From the NCBI GenBank assembly GCA_021647245.1, contig JAKIVC010000011.1:1470-65469 (forward strand): a stretch of DNA of 64,000 bases, written 5' to 3'. The position numbers and the translations under genes were made by a program. This DNA comes from Gammaproteobacteria bacterium (GTDB taxonomy: Bacteria > Pseudomonadota > Gammaproteobacteria > RBG-16-57-12). Below are positions 43,709 to 54,239 of this stretch, one piece after another (the stretch's first letter is position 1; each line of letters begins with the position of its first letter). The notes below the pieces were generated by a model, which saw only the letters and a program-made list of their open reading frames with translations, was not told where the DNA came from and ran no database searches.

Positions 43709-45997
43709 CTAACTGGCGTGGATAATACCGGCATCTGCCCCGGCGGGTATGTACTCTTCAAGGCGGGCAGTTAAATTAGCCTGCCGTTGCGGCTGAAAAA
43801 GATCGTGAAACGAACCCATTTCCGACTCATCATCAGCACCCGATTTAATCTCTTGTGCACAACTATCCGATAGTTGGCAATAGCCCGGAACACCATAACG
43901 CACACTGTTAAATTGTGGACGAACCCGCAATCGCTCCGGTTGTTTTGCACTCTCTAACGCCACAGCGGTGGGCAGAGGCAAGTTGTCATCCGCTGCCTGT
44001 TTACGGATGGCACTTTCAACAAATTGATCAACCAGATCGGGCTGGCAACGGTACCGCCGGGGCGTACGTGACTCCGGAGTGACATAACTGAATCGCAGAC
44101 ACCCCTGCTGGCGTCTGGCAACAGTGATCCGGCCATTAAAGATGCAGTTTTCAGCCAACTCAATGGCGTGCGTCTGTATCTCTCCAAATACGGTGCTGCG
44201 TACCATCGTCAGGGTAGCGTGGGCAACCGGACAACCGGGCATGCCCAGCACCTCCAGCTCCGGGTCGGTGGCATCCAGAATGGTGTCACTGATGCAGATT
44301 CTAATTGGATCCAAACGAACCTCACCACCCAGGCTTTGACAGTGGGGTGGTTGCACATTTTCATTTGCACTCTCATCTTCACCCGCTGATTGACCGGGGC
44401 TCTCCACTGGCACTGCAACAGCCGGATCAACCTGAATAGCCCCTAAAATAGAGTGTTCGATCTTCACGCAAACATTGGCGGCAAAAATCTCCAGGCTGGG
44501 CTCAGTGGCGCGGTGTGGCTCACAACCGCCACCCAAACTCCATCCGGGAACCAGCGTTGAGTGACGCAGGGTCAATGCGGCCAGCTCACCGGCAATATGC
44601 AGGCCACGGCCCGTCACCAGTATGCCATCGAGGGTAAAGCGGCTCCCCGCGCTACCGGTGATGGTCATGGAGTCCGGCCGGTCGGTCTGCCAATCCAGCA
44701 GTCGAATCACCGGGCGCTTACGATTAGCGGCCCGCAGTTGCAAGCTCTGCTGCCCTTCATTGAATTCGACATTGATCGGTTCAACGTAGACACCACTGTC
44801 CATAATTTCGATAACTGCGTGTTTTTTATTGTCTTTTTGCCACTGCTGTAGCGCAGAATTAATGGTCTTGAGTTTCTCATTCTCACCCACCGGATAGTGT
44901 ATAAATTGGGAAGGTTGTGACAGCGTTCGCGCATATTCGCCCCCTCCCAGGTCAGCACTAAAGCCGTAGTGGTAACTGACCCACACACCATTTTTTGGCC
45001 AGAGACGAGAGGGGAAGGCGACCCGCCCCAATACTGGATCAACTGCAACCGCTCCGCGACGCGGAAGGTAGGACCAGTCGCTCAGGTCAGCAGGAATAAT
45101 CTGCTCAGGCAACACCGCCCTGCGTTCGATTTTCTTCCCTTTTTTTACCCCGACCCAAATTTGCAAGCTGCTGTTATCGCCATAGAGTTGCTCTTTTTTT
45201 TCTGAGAATAGACGCCGCCTGATAGGAACCGGCAGATTGAACTCATCGGCAATGTGGGTGGGGTCAGCCTCCGGATCAGGATTTATGTAGAGCGGACTAT
45301 CATTGCCCAATACACTAAAGGTGTAACAGTGTGGCCCCTGCGCTTCAAAACAGTAGGCGGGTGTTTGTGTAACAGCATAAGCACGCAGCCGCCAGACAAA
45401 CAGGCCAACACTCGGAATGTTGTAACGACCGTTGGTACGACGAGAGTTGATACAACGCAGATCGACACGATGCGCCACCTGATCGAACGGAGTGTCAATC
45501 AGATCCAATGCCGAACCTCGGCGCAGATCCACGGTTTTTCCACGCTCAAGGCGAAGGTGGTTAACCGCCTGGGTACAACCCAGCAACGCGTAATACTCCA
45601 CTGCCCGGCTGGGCCATCCAGCTACATCATTGGCCAGCAACTCCAGCAACGCCAGTGTCCCTTTACGGCGGCGATAACGAAGGGTGTTGGCCACCTCCCG
45701 GCGTGGAATCAATATATTGTTGCGCTGTCGCCCCTGCGCGGTACCCACCATCGACGGCTCCCCCGCCTCATGCACCGGTTCATAGCCGATAAGGTCACCA
45801 ATATACGGTACTACCCAATCTTCACAGCTCTCGATAAACCAGTTTTCGTAAAGCTGACTAATATCCTCTTCAACCAAGTTGACCTGTTCGGAAATAACCC
45901 GTAGCAACGCCTTCAGTGGCTCACCCTGTTCGGCATCGCGCATGCGATAAATAACCGGCAGAAGTTCATAGAGGCGATCCTGTTTCAACTCACTCAT
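43709..45997 (-). CDS. P2 gpI-like baseplate wedge protein (Afp12/Pvc12-like) with long beta-helix-like C-terminal extension
   Basis: 762 aa; N-terminus DRLYELLPVIYRMRD...ENWFIESCEDWVVPYIGDLIGY matches the tail_P2_I family; C-terminal region has parallel-beta-helix-like repeats. Confidence 0.72.
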   Translation of the reverse strand: MSELKQDRLYELLPVIYRMRDAEQGEPLKALLRVISEQVNLVEEDISQLYENWFIESCEDWVVPYIGDLIGYEPVHEAGEPSMVGTAQGRQRNNILIPRREVANTLRYRRRKGTLALLELLANDVAGWPSRAVEYYALLGCTQAVNHLRLERGKTVDLRRGSALDLIDTPFDQVAHRVDLRCINSRRTNGRYNIPSVGLFVWRLRAYAVTQTPAYCFEAQGPHCYTFSVLGNDSPLYINPDPEADPTHIADEFNLPVPIRRRLFSEKKEQLYGDNSSLQIWVGVKKGKKIERRAVLPEQIIPADLSDWSYLPRRGAVAVDPVLGRVAFPSRLWPKNGVWVSYHYGFSADLGGGEYARTLSQPSQFIHYPVGENEKLKTINSALQQWQKDNKKHAVIEIMDSGVYVEPINVEFNEGQQSLQLRAANRKRPVIRLLDWQTDRPDSMTITGSAGSRFTLDGILVTGRGLHIAGELAALTLRHSTLVPGWSLGGGCEPHRATEPSLEIFAANVCVKIEHSILGAIQVDPAVAVPVESPGQSAGEDESANENVQPPHCQSLGGEVRLDPIRICISDTILDATDPELEVLGMPGCPVAHATLTMVRSTVFGEIQTHAIELAENCIFNGRITVARRQQGCLRFSYVTPESRTPRRYRCQPDLVDQFVESAIRKQAADDNLPLPTAVALESAKQPERLRVRPQFNSVRYGVPGYCQLSDSCAQEIKSGADDESEMGSFHDLFQPQRQANLTARLEEYIPAGADAGIIHAS

Positions 45998-46006
45998 AAT
46001 CTATCC

Positions 46007-48979
46007 TCACTTGATCTGGTTCAGAATCAGCGTTTCAGGTACATCCGCTGTCAGGAATGCAAGCTGAGCAGGGCGTATTGCCCCCTTTTCAATATCCGCC
46101 AAATTCACCCTTATTCTCGATCTAGGCCGACCCAACTCTTCAGTCATGCCAATTAACATCTGGATGTGATTGGCAATTTCATCAGGCGTCAATAGCCGAC
46201 GTTCGCCCTGCTCAAATTCATCCACCTGCTTCTCTGGAATGCCACCAAAGCTATCCATATCCACATAAGCAACACCGGGCACCGCCTGTATCACACTCAT
46301 CACTTCGCTTAACACGACATCTTGCCCAAGCTCACGCTGCTCAAAGCTAAAGGTATCCAGCAGGGTTGCGCGCACGTTGACCACCACAGACTCCCATTGA
46401 TAGTCGGCTTGAACCTTCACATTAGCGCTGATCACGATAAACATCAGTTCGCGTACCGCCAGTTGTAGTGGTTGGTAGGGGTCGCCAAAGTCATGCAACG
46501 CACGTCGCAGGTTGATGAATAGGTCCGAGTTTTCATCAATGGGAATATCATCAGCGCCTGCAATAGTGACATGTACCAACTGCTGTCGACCATTGGTGAT
46601 CTCGACAGCATCGGATTTACCGATGCCCGCATAGAGACGGGAGAAATCTTTGTAATCCCGCACTGATACCAGACGGTCCAGTGCCATCACCGCCAACGGT
46701 GCGCTTTTGCGTGCCTGGTCGCGGCTCTCTCGATCTGCCCCACCGGATGCGCGCAACGGATTGATTACTCCCGTGACACCCAACGGCTTGCTTGCCAACA
46801 GAGAGATTTGTTCGGCTTTAACATTGCCGCCTTTGCCCATGCCATTGCGGTACTCAGCTCTGATGTTCTCAATACCGGTGGGCAGACGAGCACCCTCCTT
46901 ACCGTTGCCAAAGATAATCGATGTTTTGCTGTCATTATCAGTTTTGGTCATAAAGCGGCGTTCGTTCGGAGAGAGAGCAGCCAACGAGTCTGATTCGTGC
47001 CACTCGATATCATTAACAAACAGATTCAAGGTACTCTCGACACCGCTTGGATTGGGTGCCGACAAGTGGGTAAGCGGTGACTGTTTCAACTCGAATGATT
47101 GCAACGCCTTGCTGCCATCACCACTGCCCAGCACCTCCTTGCGCGTTTCACCGTGAGTCGCCTTAACAACATTGCAATGAATAACCACCGTGTCACGCTT
47201 AAAACAGTAGGCGAGCTTGTCAGCCAGTTTAATAAAGGTATGGTTGCTCTCTCCAAGGCGGGGAGGTCGCTGCTTTTGGTATTGGCTTAAACCTATAGAC
47301 TCCCTTCTAACATCCTGAGTTACCGACGAGAGCATTGCCAGTTCGCTGAATCTGACGCCACTTGTCCCTTCTATCTCACGCTCGCCGGAAACAATCACCC
47401 AGCGGCCCGCTTCCAGTCCGTCATAAAACTCGTCCAGCTCCAGCAACTCATCACTCCCCCCACAAACCGGGCTTTCGATCGGCTCTTCGGCCAGTTCAAG
47501 CTCTTCGGGTTGAAGATAAACCGTCGTGCCACGGATCACATTAAAATCATCACCCTGTGGTGACGACGGGACATCGAGATGATCGTTGATCGTTATCCAG
47601 CGCTCACCCGTCAGCTCAATTTGAGTTGTCGGTGCTGTCACACCATATTTTGATCTAGAGAGAGCAGCATCAACTTCATTCACCTTAGCAATCATCGTCT
47701 TTTTATCGGTTAAGCGACTCGTAGCGGGCGTTTCGACAACAACCCAGCTATCGCGCAAAACACCATCATATCGGGCGTCTAGGTAGACTCTATTCTCCTC
47801 CTCATGAGGGGTGTTACGATCATTGGTTGCTAGCTCCTCAATCACGGGCCAATCACCGATTATTTCAATTTCACCCCCTTCTTTTATTTTGGTACGCTTG
47901 GGTGCATTATGTCCAAACAGCGACGCTTCCACCCGCAAAGCATATACTTTAATATTATTATCAAGCGATGCTTTTGAGTTTGCGGCTGCGGTTGCTAGGG
48001 TGTCACGCAGAGCGGGGGAAAAGCGCTTCACTACACGGTAGCCCGCCTCGCCTTTCACTTTAAATTGATCACCAAGCTGTCGCCTTAATCGCAGTGAATT
48101 GGCCGGCTGCAACGAAGGCGGAGTGGTGAGCTGTTTGATTAGTCGAGTCTGAAAGCTCTCCTTCTTCACAACATCCAAACCCACCTTGCTCGCCACTGCA
48201 CTCTGGCCATCAACTACTGTAGTCTCCGTTTGCAGGGTAACCTGTGTCCGATCAAGCAATAGATCCGTAGCAACCTCTTTCACGCGATAAAAAACTGGCT
48301 TTCCCCCTCCAAGGCCTATCAGTAGCGGGTCGTTTGGTTTCAAATTTGTATTGATACCGTTGAGGTAAACGTGTTCACCTTGAGTCAGCACCTCCCAGCT
48401 CTGCGGCTGCGTCATCCTCGGTTTAAGATTGTTCCATTTCGCCCGCGCCCTAAGATCTTCACGGGTCTCAAACGACTGCGGCAACTCATCGGGCCCGGGG
48501 ATGCTTTGTACTCTGCTTCCTGCCGGGATGGTAATCTCTTCCGTACTGCTTTCATCAACGGTATAGGCAAGAAAAACAGAGGAACTGACCCCGGGGCGCA
48601 ATGAGTAACCCACCAACTGTGCCAGCTCCAGAACCGAGCGCCGTTCCGTGGCGGTGCGTAAATACCCCTCGTTGACAATGCGCTCTTGGTAGAAGGTCAG
48701 CACATCGGCCACCGTCGCCCAGCCATCCAGCAATGCGATGGATGGATCATCACTGTTGCGTGTTGTCAGCCCCGCCAACTGTGGATAATCACTGCTGGAG
48801 AGCCGGGCGATCATAGTTTCCAGGAAACTTGAATGGCTACCAATACGGTACTTGAGTTGGGGCAAGCCTGGCCGGTTGGCGGTTGACAAGGGTGTTAAGG
48901 GTTCAACACCGTCACAACAACCACAGGCGTTGCTATCAGCCGCCTCTGGAGAACAACAGTCACAGCACTCGGCTTTCAT
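46007..48979 (-). CDS. baseplate J-like protein, paralog 2, with Cys-rich N-terminal extension
   Basis: 990 aa; LPQLKYRIGSHSSFLETMIARLS and LLDGWATVADVLTFYQERIVNEGYLRTATERRSVLELAQLVGYSLRPG are hallmark baseplate-J (Afp11-family) segments; N-terminus MKAECCDCCSPEAADSNACGCCDG. Confidence 0.72.
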   Translation of the reverse strand: MKAECCDCCSPEAADSNACGCCDGVEPLTPLSTANRPGLPQLKYRIGSHSSFLETMIARLSSSDYPQLAGLTTRNSDDPSIALLDGWATVADVLTFYQERIVNEGYLRTATERRSVLELAQLVGYSLRPGVSSSVFLAYTVDESSTEEITIPAGSRVQSIPGPDELPQSFETREDLRARAKWNNLKPRMTQPQSWEVLTQGEHVYLNGINTNLKPNDPLLIGLGGGKPVFYRVKEVATDLLLDRTQVTLQTETTVVDGQSAVASKVGLDVVKKESFQTRLIKQLTTPPSLQPANSLRLRRQLGDQFKVKGEAGYRVVKRFSPALRDTLATAAANSKASLDNNIKVYALRVEASLFGHNAPKRTKIKEGGEIEIIGDWPVIEELATNDRNTPHEEENRVYLDARYDGVLRDSWVVVETPATSRLTDKKTMIAKVNEVDAALSRSKYGVTAPTTQIELTGERWITINDHLDVPSSPQGDDFNVIRGTTVYLQPEELELAEEPIESPVCGGSDELLELDEFYDGLEAGRWVIVSGEREIEGTSGVRFSELAMLSSVTQDVRRESIGLSQYQKQRPPRLGESNHTFIKLADKLAYCFKRDTVVIHCNVVKATHGETRKEVLGSGDGSKALQSFELKQSPLTHLSAPNPSGVESTLNLFVNDIEWHESDSLAALSPNERRFMTKTDNDSKTSIIFGNGKEGARLPTGIENIRAEYRNGMGKGGNVKAEQISLLASKPLGVTGVINPLRASGGADRESRDQARKSAPLAVMALDRLVSVRDYKDFSRLYAGIGKSDAVEITNGRQQLVHVTIAGADDIPIDENSDLFINLRRALHDFGDPYQPLQLAVRELMFIVISANVKVQADYQWESVVVNVRATLLDTFSFEQRELGQDVVLSEVMSVIQAVPGVAYVDMDSFGGIPEKQVDEFEQGERRLLTPDEIANHIQMLIGMTEELGRPRSRIRVNLADIEKGAIRPAQLAFLTADVPETLILNQIK

Positions 48980-51561
48980 CTTCCACCTCGCATATCCAGT
49001 GTCAGTTTACCGTTTTCGGGAAAACCAGGATCATTGTCCAGCCGGGCGATCTCAAATGGGCCCAGCGGTAATACACCACTCTCTATTTCCCGGTTGGGCG
49101 GCTCATTCAAACGTTGCAGCTTTATCACCCGCACACTCTCCACCCCCGTTACCGCTTGGGCAGTGGCAACCAGCTGACTCAGATAGAGATCATCACCAAA
49201 GGTCAGATTATCAACATGAAAAAAACCACCTTGGCCGCCAGCCAGCATTCGATTACTGAAAAGGCCCAACAGCTCCATTTTGACATGACCCCGCAGATAG
49301 CCCGGCGATACACAAATACTCAGTTCAATATCGAGGGGAACACGGCGAGCGGGTTTAACCACCAGGTCGTGGCCGATACGACGGTAACGGTGCAGGCGTT
49401 TGCTGATGGCATCCAGCAGCGCCGCATCCGCCTCTTCTTCACCGTAAGGATCAACAGCCACCAGCACTTCATACCAGCTCCCTGTCCAGCGCAGTCGTGC
49501 TGCCGCACGCTGTACTTTACCCCTGAATTCACGCTGTACAATTGCCGCGTAGTCATCGGCGATAATAGCCCGTTGTAGTTTTTTGCGAAACGTATGCGGG
49601 GCGAATAATTTGACTTCACTGATCGGTTCAGGCGCAACACCGCCTTGTGCAGCAAAAGGGTTGCGCACCTGTATCGAGACACCACTCAACTGCGTGTTTC
49701 GCATGACAAGATGTGAAATGGCACCACTGCCAACATTTCCAGCTACTCCAGCGCCAATGCGGTAAACCGCTTGAAATGCAGTTCCAGCATCCGGTTGCCG
49801 CCCCAACCCACCCTTACCAAAGCGGAGTTGGGCATATCCATCGTTATCAATTTCTACAATAAAATGTCGGTCACCGGCATCACTACCCAGCAGGTCACCT
49901 TGGGGCGACCAAGCGACATCACCAGTCATCGCATAACTTGCAGTGAGTGTTATTTGTGGCAAGGCTCGCCGCACATCCTGCTTGAGCAAATGCAAGGCGG
50001 GCAGGTCATCCACCAGCGGCTCACTGAATGTCAGTGCGGCATATCCCAAGCGGGGTGAGTAGTGTTTTGGTATCGCTATCGAATCTGCCAAAACCCCAGC
50101 GCCTTGGCAACACTCAATGAGCTTTTCCGTCGGCACTTTACCAAGATCTTCATCCACGGTTTTACCGTGATCCACCAGAATTACATTGCCACAGGCGATG
50201 CTGATATTATGCAGAAGCTCACAAGCGGGCGGAGGCCCAAGTGCGGAAAGGCAGAGTGGAAAAGGTAAAGCATCTTCTTCTGCCCAGCTAATTTCGACCA
50301 CTGGCTCTTCGTTAAGCGGGTCAACACCCGTCTCAACCGCTATCAACCGCACCGCATGACGGTGGTTGGGATCAACATCACCCGGATGGCCGGTTTTTGG
50401 CCCCATAACCTCTTCAAAAATCAGCACATCACCCACCTTCAGGTGAAGTTTTGGTACTGTGGATTCCGCCACTCCTAACGCTCTCTGCACAACATCACCC
50501 GTCCCCTTATCAACAGATTCACAGGATTCCTGCGGCGGCATCTGCTCTGTTACCAGCACCCCTCTCAGGGTGGCACGGGTGGTTCCTCGCGGCAGACAAC
50601 ACTCATCATCACCCCAGGTGTAGAAGCCGATTCGGCTGTGATCACGGTAAAACTGAACCTGCTCTCTGCTCTGCCGGGCCATCGGCTCAAAGATTTCATA
50701 GGCACTCGATGGTATCTGGTGCAACTCATCCTCAAGCAACACGCTTTTACTGTTTGGCAACACCTTATGGAGATTGGTCACGAAATAAATTTTGCTGCTG
50801 GGCAGCGAAAAATCACCATCACTCTCAATGCAGAGCCAAGTACGGGCATTACACCCTTCATGCATCGGGTAATCCACTAGGCGCGCATGGCGACGAACGG
50901 AAATTCGTTTACGAGCGGTGTCAAGGTAGGCCTCGGTGGCCACTGCATCTTGGTAGTAGCTGAGGTGATCACCAACGTAGGCCAGCACCTCCACCAGCGC
51001 CATGCCGATATCGGGCACATGGCGTTCATTCCATTGCGGCATCACCAGCGCCAGGCGATCCAGAATCAGTTGACGAAGGCTGGTGTAATCTTTGGCGAGG
51101 TAGTTGATGTCCGGCTCTTCTTTCGGATCCGGTGGGCAAATAGCGACTTGTTTGCAATCAAGATCACTGGGGCAGCCTGCCTTGAAGTTGAAGGTAATTT
51201 GGTCATAGCGTGGATCAAAATCGGAGTGGGGTTGCCACTCCCCTACCTCACTTTTTTCAACCACCCGCAAAGTATAGGCAGAGAAGTCACCCGGCTTATC
51301 AACCTCCACTTCCATGTAGTCGTCAAACTCAATCTGGCTAAAGGTGTGCAGCCGCACCATCTTGACACTGACATCCCGAATACGCCGCCCACCCTCAATG
51401 CGTATATTTCCGATCTCCAGTTCAAGCGGCGCTTTACCCAGAAAATAGACGGTCAGTGTGAGCTGATCGTGGCTGACCTCCAGGTAGTCGATTCCGTTCA
51501 ACTGACGGTGCTGGCGCACCCGTTCACGCCGTTGCACATTGTGACAAATCAGAGCACTCAT
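48976..51561 (-). CDS. baseplate J-like protein (Afp11/Pvc11, gp6-like)
   Basis: 861 aa; N-terminal NGIDYLEV motif and MALVEVLAYVGDHLSYYQDAVATEAYLDTARKR... J-like core. Confidence 0.78.
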   Translation of the reverse strand: MSALICHNVQRRERVRQHRQLNGIDYLEVSHDQLTLTVYFLGKAPLELEIGNIRIEGGRRIRDVSVKMVRLHTFSQIEFDDYMEVEVDKPGDFSAYTLRVVEKSEVGEWQPHSDFDPRYDQITFNFKAGCPSDLDCKQVAICPPDPKEEPDINYLAKDYTSLRQLILDRLALVMPQWNERHVPDIGMALVEVLAYVGDHLSYYQDAVATEAYLDTARKRISVRRHARLVDYPMHEGCNARTWLCIESDGDFSLPSSKIYFVTNLHKVLPNSKSVLLEDELHQIPSSAYEIFEPMARQSREQVQFYRDHSRIGFYTWGDDECCLPRGTTRATLRGVLVTEQMPPQESCESVDKGTGDVVQRALGVAESTVPKLHLKVGDVLIFEEVMGPKTGHPGDVDPNHRHAVRLIAVETGVDPLNEEPVVEISWAEEDALPFPLCLSALGPPPACELLHNISIACGNVILVDHGKTVDEDLGKVPTEKLIECCQGAGVLADSIAIPKHYSPRLGYAALTFSEPLVDDLPALHLLKQDVRRALPQITLTASYAMTGDVAWSPQGDLLGSDAGDRHFIVEIDNDGYAQLRFGKGGLGRQPDAGTAFQAVYRIGAGVAGNVGSGAISHLVMRNTQLSGVSIQVRNPFAAQGGVAPEPISEVKLFAPHTFRKKLQRAIIADDYAAIVQREFRGKVQRAAARLRWTGSWYEVLVAVDPYGEEEADAALLDAISKRLHRYRRIGHDLVVKPARRVPLDIELSICVSPGYLRGHVKMELLGLFSNRMLAGGQGGFFHVDNLTFGDDLYLSQLVATAQAVTGVESVRVIKLQRLNEPPNREIESGVLPLGPFEIARLDNDPGFPENGKLTLDMRGGR

Positions 51562-51938
51562 GACCCTACCCTCCGAACAAAAGTTGCCGTGTGCGCTTCT
51601 CCGCTGCGCCGCACCCGGTAGCTGATCTCGACACGCAGTTCCGCATCGTCGTTCACCACATCCAGCGCCTGCACTTCGATCACATCACCCAACCACTGCT
51701 GCAAACCGGCCTGCACAGTAAACTGCAACGTCGAGGCCAGCTCCGGGCTATTGGGAGCAAAGATCAGTTGCCGCAGGCCACTGCCGAAGTCAGGACGGTT
51801 GACCCGCTCACCTACATGGGTAAACAAAAACTGCTCGATCATGTCGCGAATATGGCCGTTATCATCCGTATTTGCGGTATGACCCCGGTTATCAAACTGA
51901 AAAGGAAAGTCGATATTCATCATGTCCTCACGTTGCAC
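51558..51938 (-). CDS. GPW/gp25-family baseplate wedge protein
   Basis: 126 aa; IRDMIEQFLFTHVGERVNRPDFGSGLRQLIFAPN matches the gp25/GPW lysozyme-like family. Confidence 0.85.
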   Translation of the reverse strand: MQREDMMNIDFPFQFDNRGHTANTDDNGHIRDMIEQFLFTHVGERVNRPDFGSGLRQLIFAPNSPELASTLQFTVQAGLQQWLGDVIEVQALDVVNDDAELRVEISYRVRRSGEAHTATFVRRVGS

Positions 51939-52251
51939 TCACTCGGGTTTGGGTTGCGACGATTGCCAACGGTGTTCCGGTTGGTGTGCAGATCGCTTGG
52001 CTACTTTGAACCAGTAGCGGCTGGCCGTTGGATGTGACCCGGGTGGTGCCACTCAACCACTGCGCTGTCACACAGGGGCCATTGGCCACCGTAGGTGGTG
52101 GAAAAGTACAACCTGCCACCACATAAGGCGAACTCATCAACACAGTGGGCTGACCACTGAGTGTGACCCGAGGATTAGGTACTGTGGCTGTCGCCTGTCC
52201 AGCGTGTGAACAGAGCACTTGAGCGCCAACATGGAGTAAAAAACCGGGCAT
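51928..52251 (-). CDS. PAAR-like spike-tip protein (DUF4280-like)
   Basis: 107 aa; MPGFLLHVGAQVLCSHAG...GCTFPP..GPCVTAQW...QAICTPTG; sits immediately downstream of the spike gene. Confidence 0.6.
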   Translation of the reverse strand: MPGFLLHVGAQVLCSHAGQATATVPNPRVTLSGQPTVLMSSPYVVAGCTFPPPTVANGPCVTAQWLSGTTRVTSNGQPLLVQSSQAICTPTGTPLAIVATQTRVSAT

Positions 52252-52259
52252 ATACCCCC

Positions 52260-52793
52260 CTAAGTGACGACTAACGCGCCGTTGTTGATAGTGACCGTTG
52301 GCCCACTCATGATGAGACTGGCCCCCTTACCATTTTGAATATAAATACCAGTGTCATTGACGATAATTGATGCACCGGAAGCGCTCTTCAACATCAAGCC
52401 ACCGGTTGGTCCCGGCAGGTCACTGATCACAAAGCTGTTCTGCCCTGCTGTCTGCAGCACAATGTTGGGCGATACGGGCAGACCAGCGTGAGCCAGTGGA
52501 GGAACATCGGAAGAGCCACCCCACCGACACCCAACCCAAATCGGATAGTCCGGATCACCCTGTTCAAACTCTACCCAGATAGCCGCCCCTATCGGTGGCA
52601 CCATATAGACGCCCATCGGTGGCCCGGTGGGGCCGGCAAGTGGCACACACGGCTCAGCCCAGGTGGAGGGAATCAACCCCAGCACATCGGGGATAGTCAG
52701 CATCAACCGCCCCCGTGTTTCAGGGTCAACATTATTCAACACGGTGGCGCGGTATTTGCCGAAAAAACGCCCTGTTTCATTCGATTCGCTCAT
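52260..52793 (-). CDS. phage baseplate assembly protein V / gp5-like central spike (Afp8 C-domain analog)
   Basis: 177 aa; FFGKYRATVLNNVDPETRGRLMLTIPDVLG...TWAEPCVPLAGP is the gp5 OB-fold signature; C-terminal beta-helical repeat (ASGASIIVNDTGIYIQNGKGASLIMSGPTVTIN). Confidence 0.8.
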   Translation of the reverse strand: MSESNETGRFFGKYRATVLNNVDPETRGRLMLTIPDVLGLIPSTWAEPCVPLAGPTGPPMGVYMVPPIGAAIWVEFEQGDPDYPIWVGCRWGGSSDVPPLAHAGLPVSPNIVLQTAGQNSFVISDLPGPTGGLMLKSASGASIIVNDTGIYIQNGKGASLIMSGPTVTINNGALVVT

Positions 52794-53920
52794 GGCAGAA
52801 CAACCGGTGTATTGGAGATCAACCCATCGCGGGAGAGTGTGAAGTTCTGTTTGTATTCACCTTTTTTGATGTTATGGGTTACGCTGTCGACGTAGTAGAG
52901 TCCGTCATAGGAGATGCCTGCGCCCCGCACACCAACCACCGTCTGGGCACTCAACAACTGGCCATACTGCATAACATTCAGCGAGCCACTGCCACTGATA
53001 GCAGTCGCATTGTTCATCATGAAGCTCAGAATATCTCTTGCTGCCTCATCCGGTTGAAGCCGCGCCCCACCATTGTGCATCCCAATCTTTGCCGGTGGGG
53101 TTGGTCGTAGCCCCAATGGCGGTTTGGTTGCATTGATATTGGGCACGGGTATCGGAATAGGGACTCTTCGGGTGATGGGATCCAAAATGGTGAAGATGCT
53201 GATTTTTTTTGCCATTCCATCCAGTGAAAAACTCAATGATTCAACATTGGTGTGCGCATCCATATTGATACTTAACGCGCGTTGCGGGACAGGCACACTG
53301 ATATCTGGGCCAAAGTAGGCAATACTCTGACCCGGCAATGGGCCGGGCTGTATATAAAACAGATAGCCATTGCGGCTCGCCAAGCTTTTTATATAGGCCA
53401 AATCAGTTGTATTGACCTGGCTTTCGGTTCTAGCTGCAGGGTTTTGAACAGTAGAAACAAGCGGTGGAATAATAAGCGGCACCACACCCAGTGCCGCGTA
53501 TGGTGCTAAGGCGACCGCCACCTTGGCCACATCGGGCATCGCAGGATAGGGAACAACTTTTTCTACCAAATCCATGGCGATACTCAGGTCCTCTCCGGTA
53601 ATCGTCAATTTTGACTGTCCCGATTCACTGCTCGGTTGCAGCTCGTGACGGGTGATAAAACCATCCATAATCACATTCGGGATGCCATTGACGGTGACCA
53701 TAATGATGACCCGTGTCACGATGGGGTCAAAATAACCTGCGGGGAGCAGTGCAAGCTGTATCGCAGAGGTTTTACCCACACTAAAGGTCAATTGAAAACC
53801 GCTACGCGCCCGGGAAGAGCTGGTGACCTGCACACTCTGCAACGCTTCAATAACCGGCAGTGGTGCCGGCACCGGCACCGCTGGCCCGATCAGAAGCGTC
53901 AGAATATTACCCAGTAACAT
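52790..53920 (-). CDS. gpD/gp27-like baseplate hub protein
   Basis: 376 aa; C-terminal ...ISYDGLYYVDSVTHNIKKGEYKQNFTLSR typical of P2 late-control-D / VgrG N-domain (gp27-like) family. Confidence 0.72.
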   Translation of the reverse strand: MLLGNILTLLIGPAVPVPAPLPVIEALQSVQVTSSSRARSGFQLTFSVGKTSAIQLALLPAGYFDPIVTRVIIMVTVNGIPNVIMDGFITRHELQPSSESGQSKLTITGEDLSIAMDLVEKVVPYPAMPDVAKVAVALAPYAALGVVPLIIPPLVSTVQNPAARTESQVNTTDLAYIKSLASRNGYLFYIQPGPLPGQSIAYFGPDISVPVPQRALSINMDAHTNVESLSFSLDGMAKKISIFTILDPITRRVPIPIPVPNINATKPPLGLRPTPPAKIGMHNGGARLQPDEAARDILSFMMNNATAISGSGSLNVMQYGQLLSAQTVVGVRGAGISYDGLYYVDSVTHNIKKGEYKQNFTLSRDGLISNTPVVLP

Positions 53921-54236
53921 TGGGAATCTCCGGAATACCTTCGGGCAGAGTGATCCGCAACCGGCGGCCGATTTCGTCCGTCAACTCAGCGGGAAGCATC
54001 GCACCGTTGGCATCACAAATTCGCCAGAACTGCAGTGGGTCATTCAGATAGAGTGCAGTGAGGTTATCCAGCCGATCGCCTTCAGTGACAAGGTGCTCTT
54101 GTAACAGCGAAAAGTGCTCTGGTGCAGCGATAAAACGGCGCTTGAGATGGATAACCTCCTGGCCATCTGCTGCTTTAAAACGTGCCGTCTCTGTGTTGTA
54201 GTAACGACTGGTAGGAGGGAATAACAGATTACGCAT
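53907..54236 (-). CDS. LysM-like tail protein X (P2 gpX / pyocin PA0627 analog)
   Basis: 109 aa; ...HLVTEGDRLDNLTALYLNDPLQFWRICDANGAMLPAELTDEIGRRLRITLPE follows the gpX LysM pattern (H.V..GD.LD.I...Y.......I...N........LP.G..L.IP). Confidence 0.55.
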   Translation of the reverse strand: MRNLLFPPTSRYYNTETARFKAADGQEVIHLKRRFIAAPEHFSLLQEHLVTEGDRLDNLTALYLNDPLQFWRICDANGAMLPAELTDEIGRRLRITLPEGIPEIPNVTG

Positions 54237-54239
54237 AGC

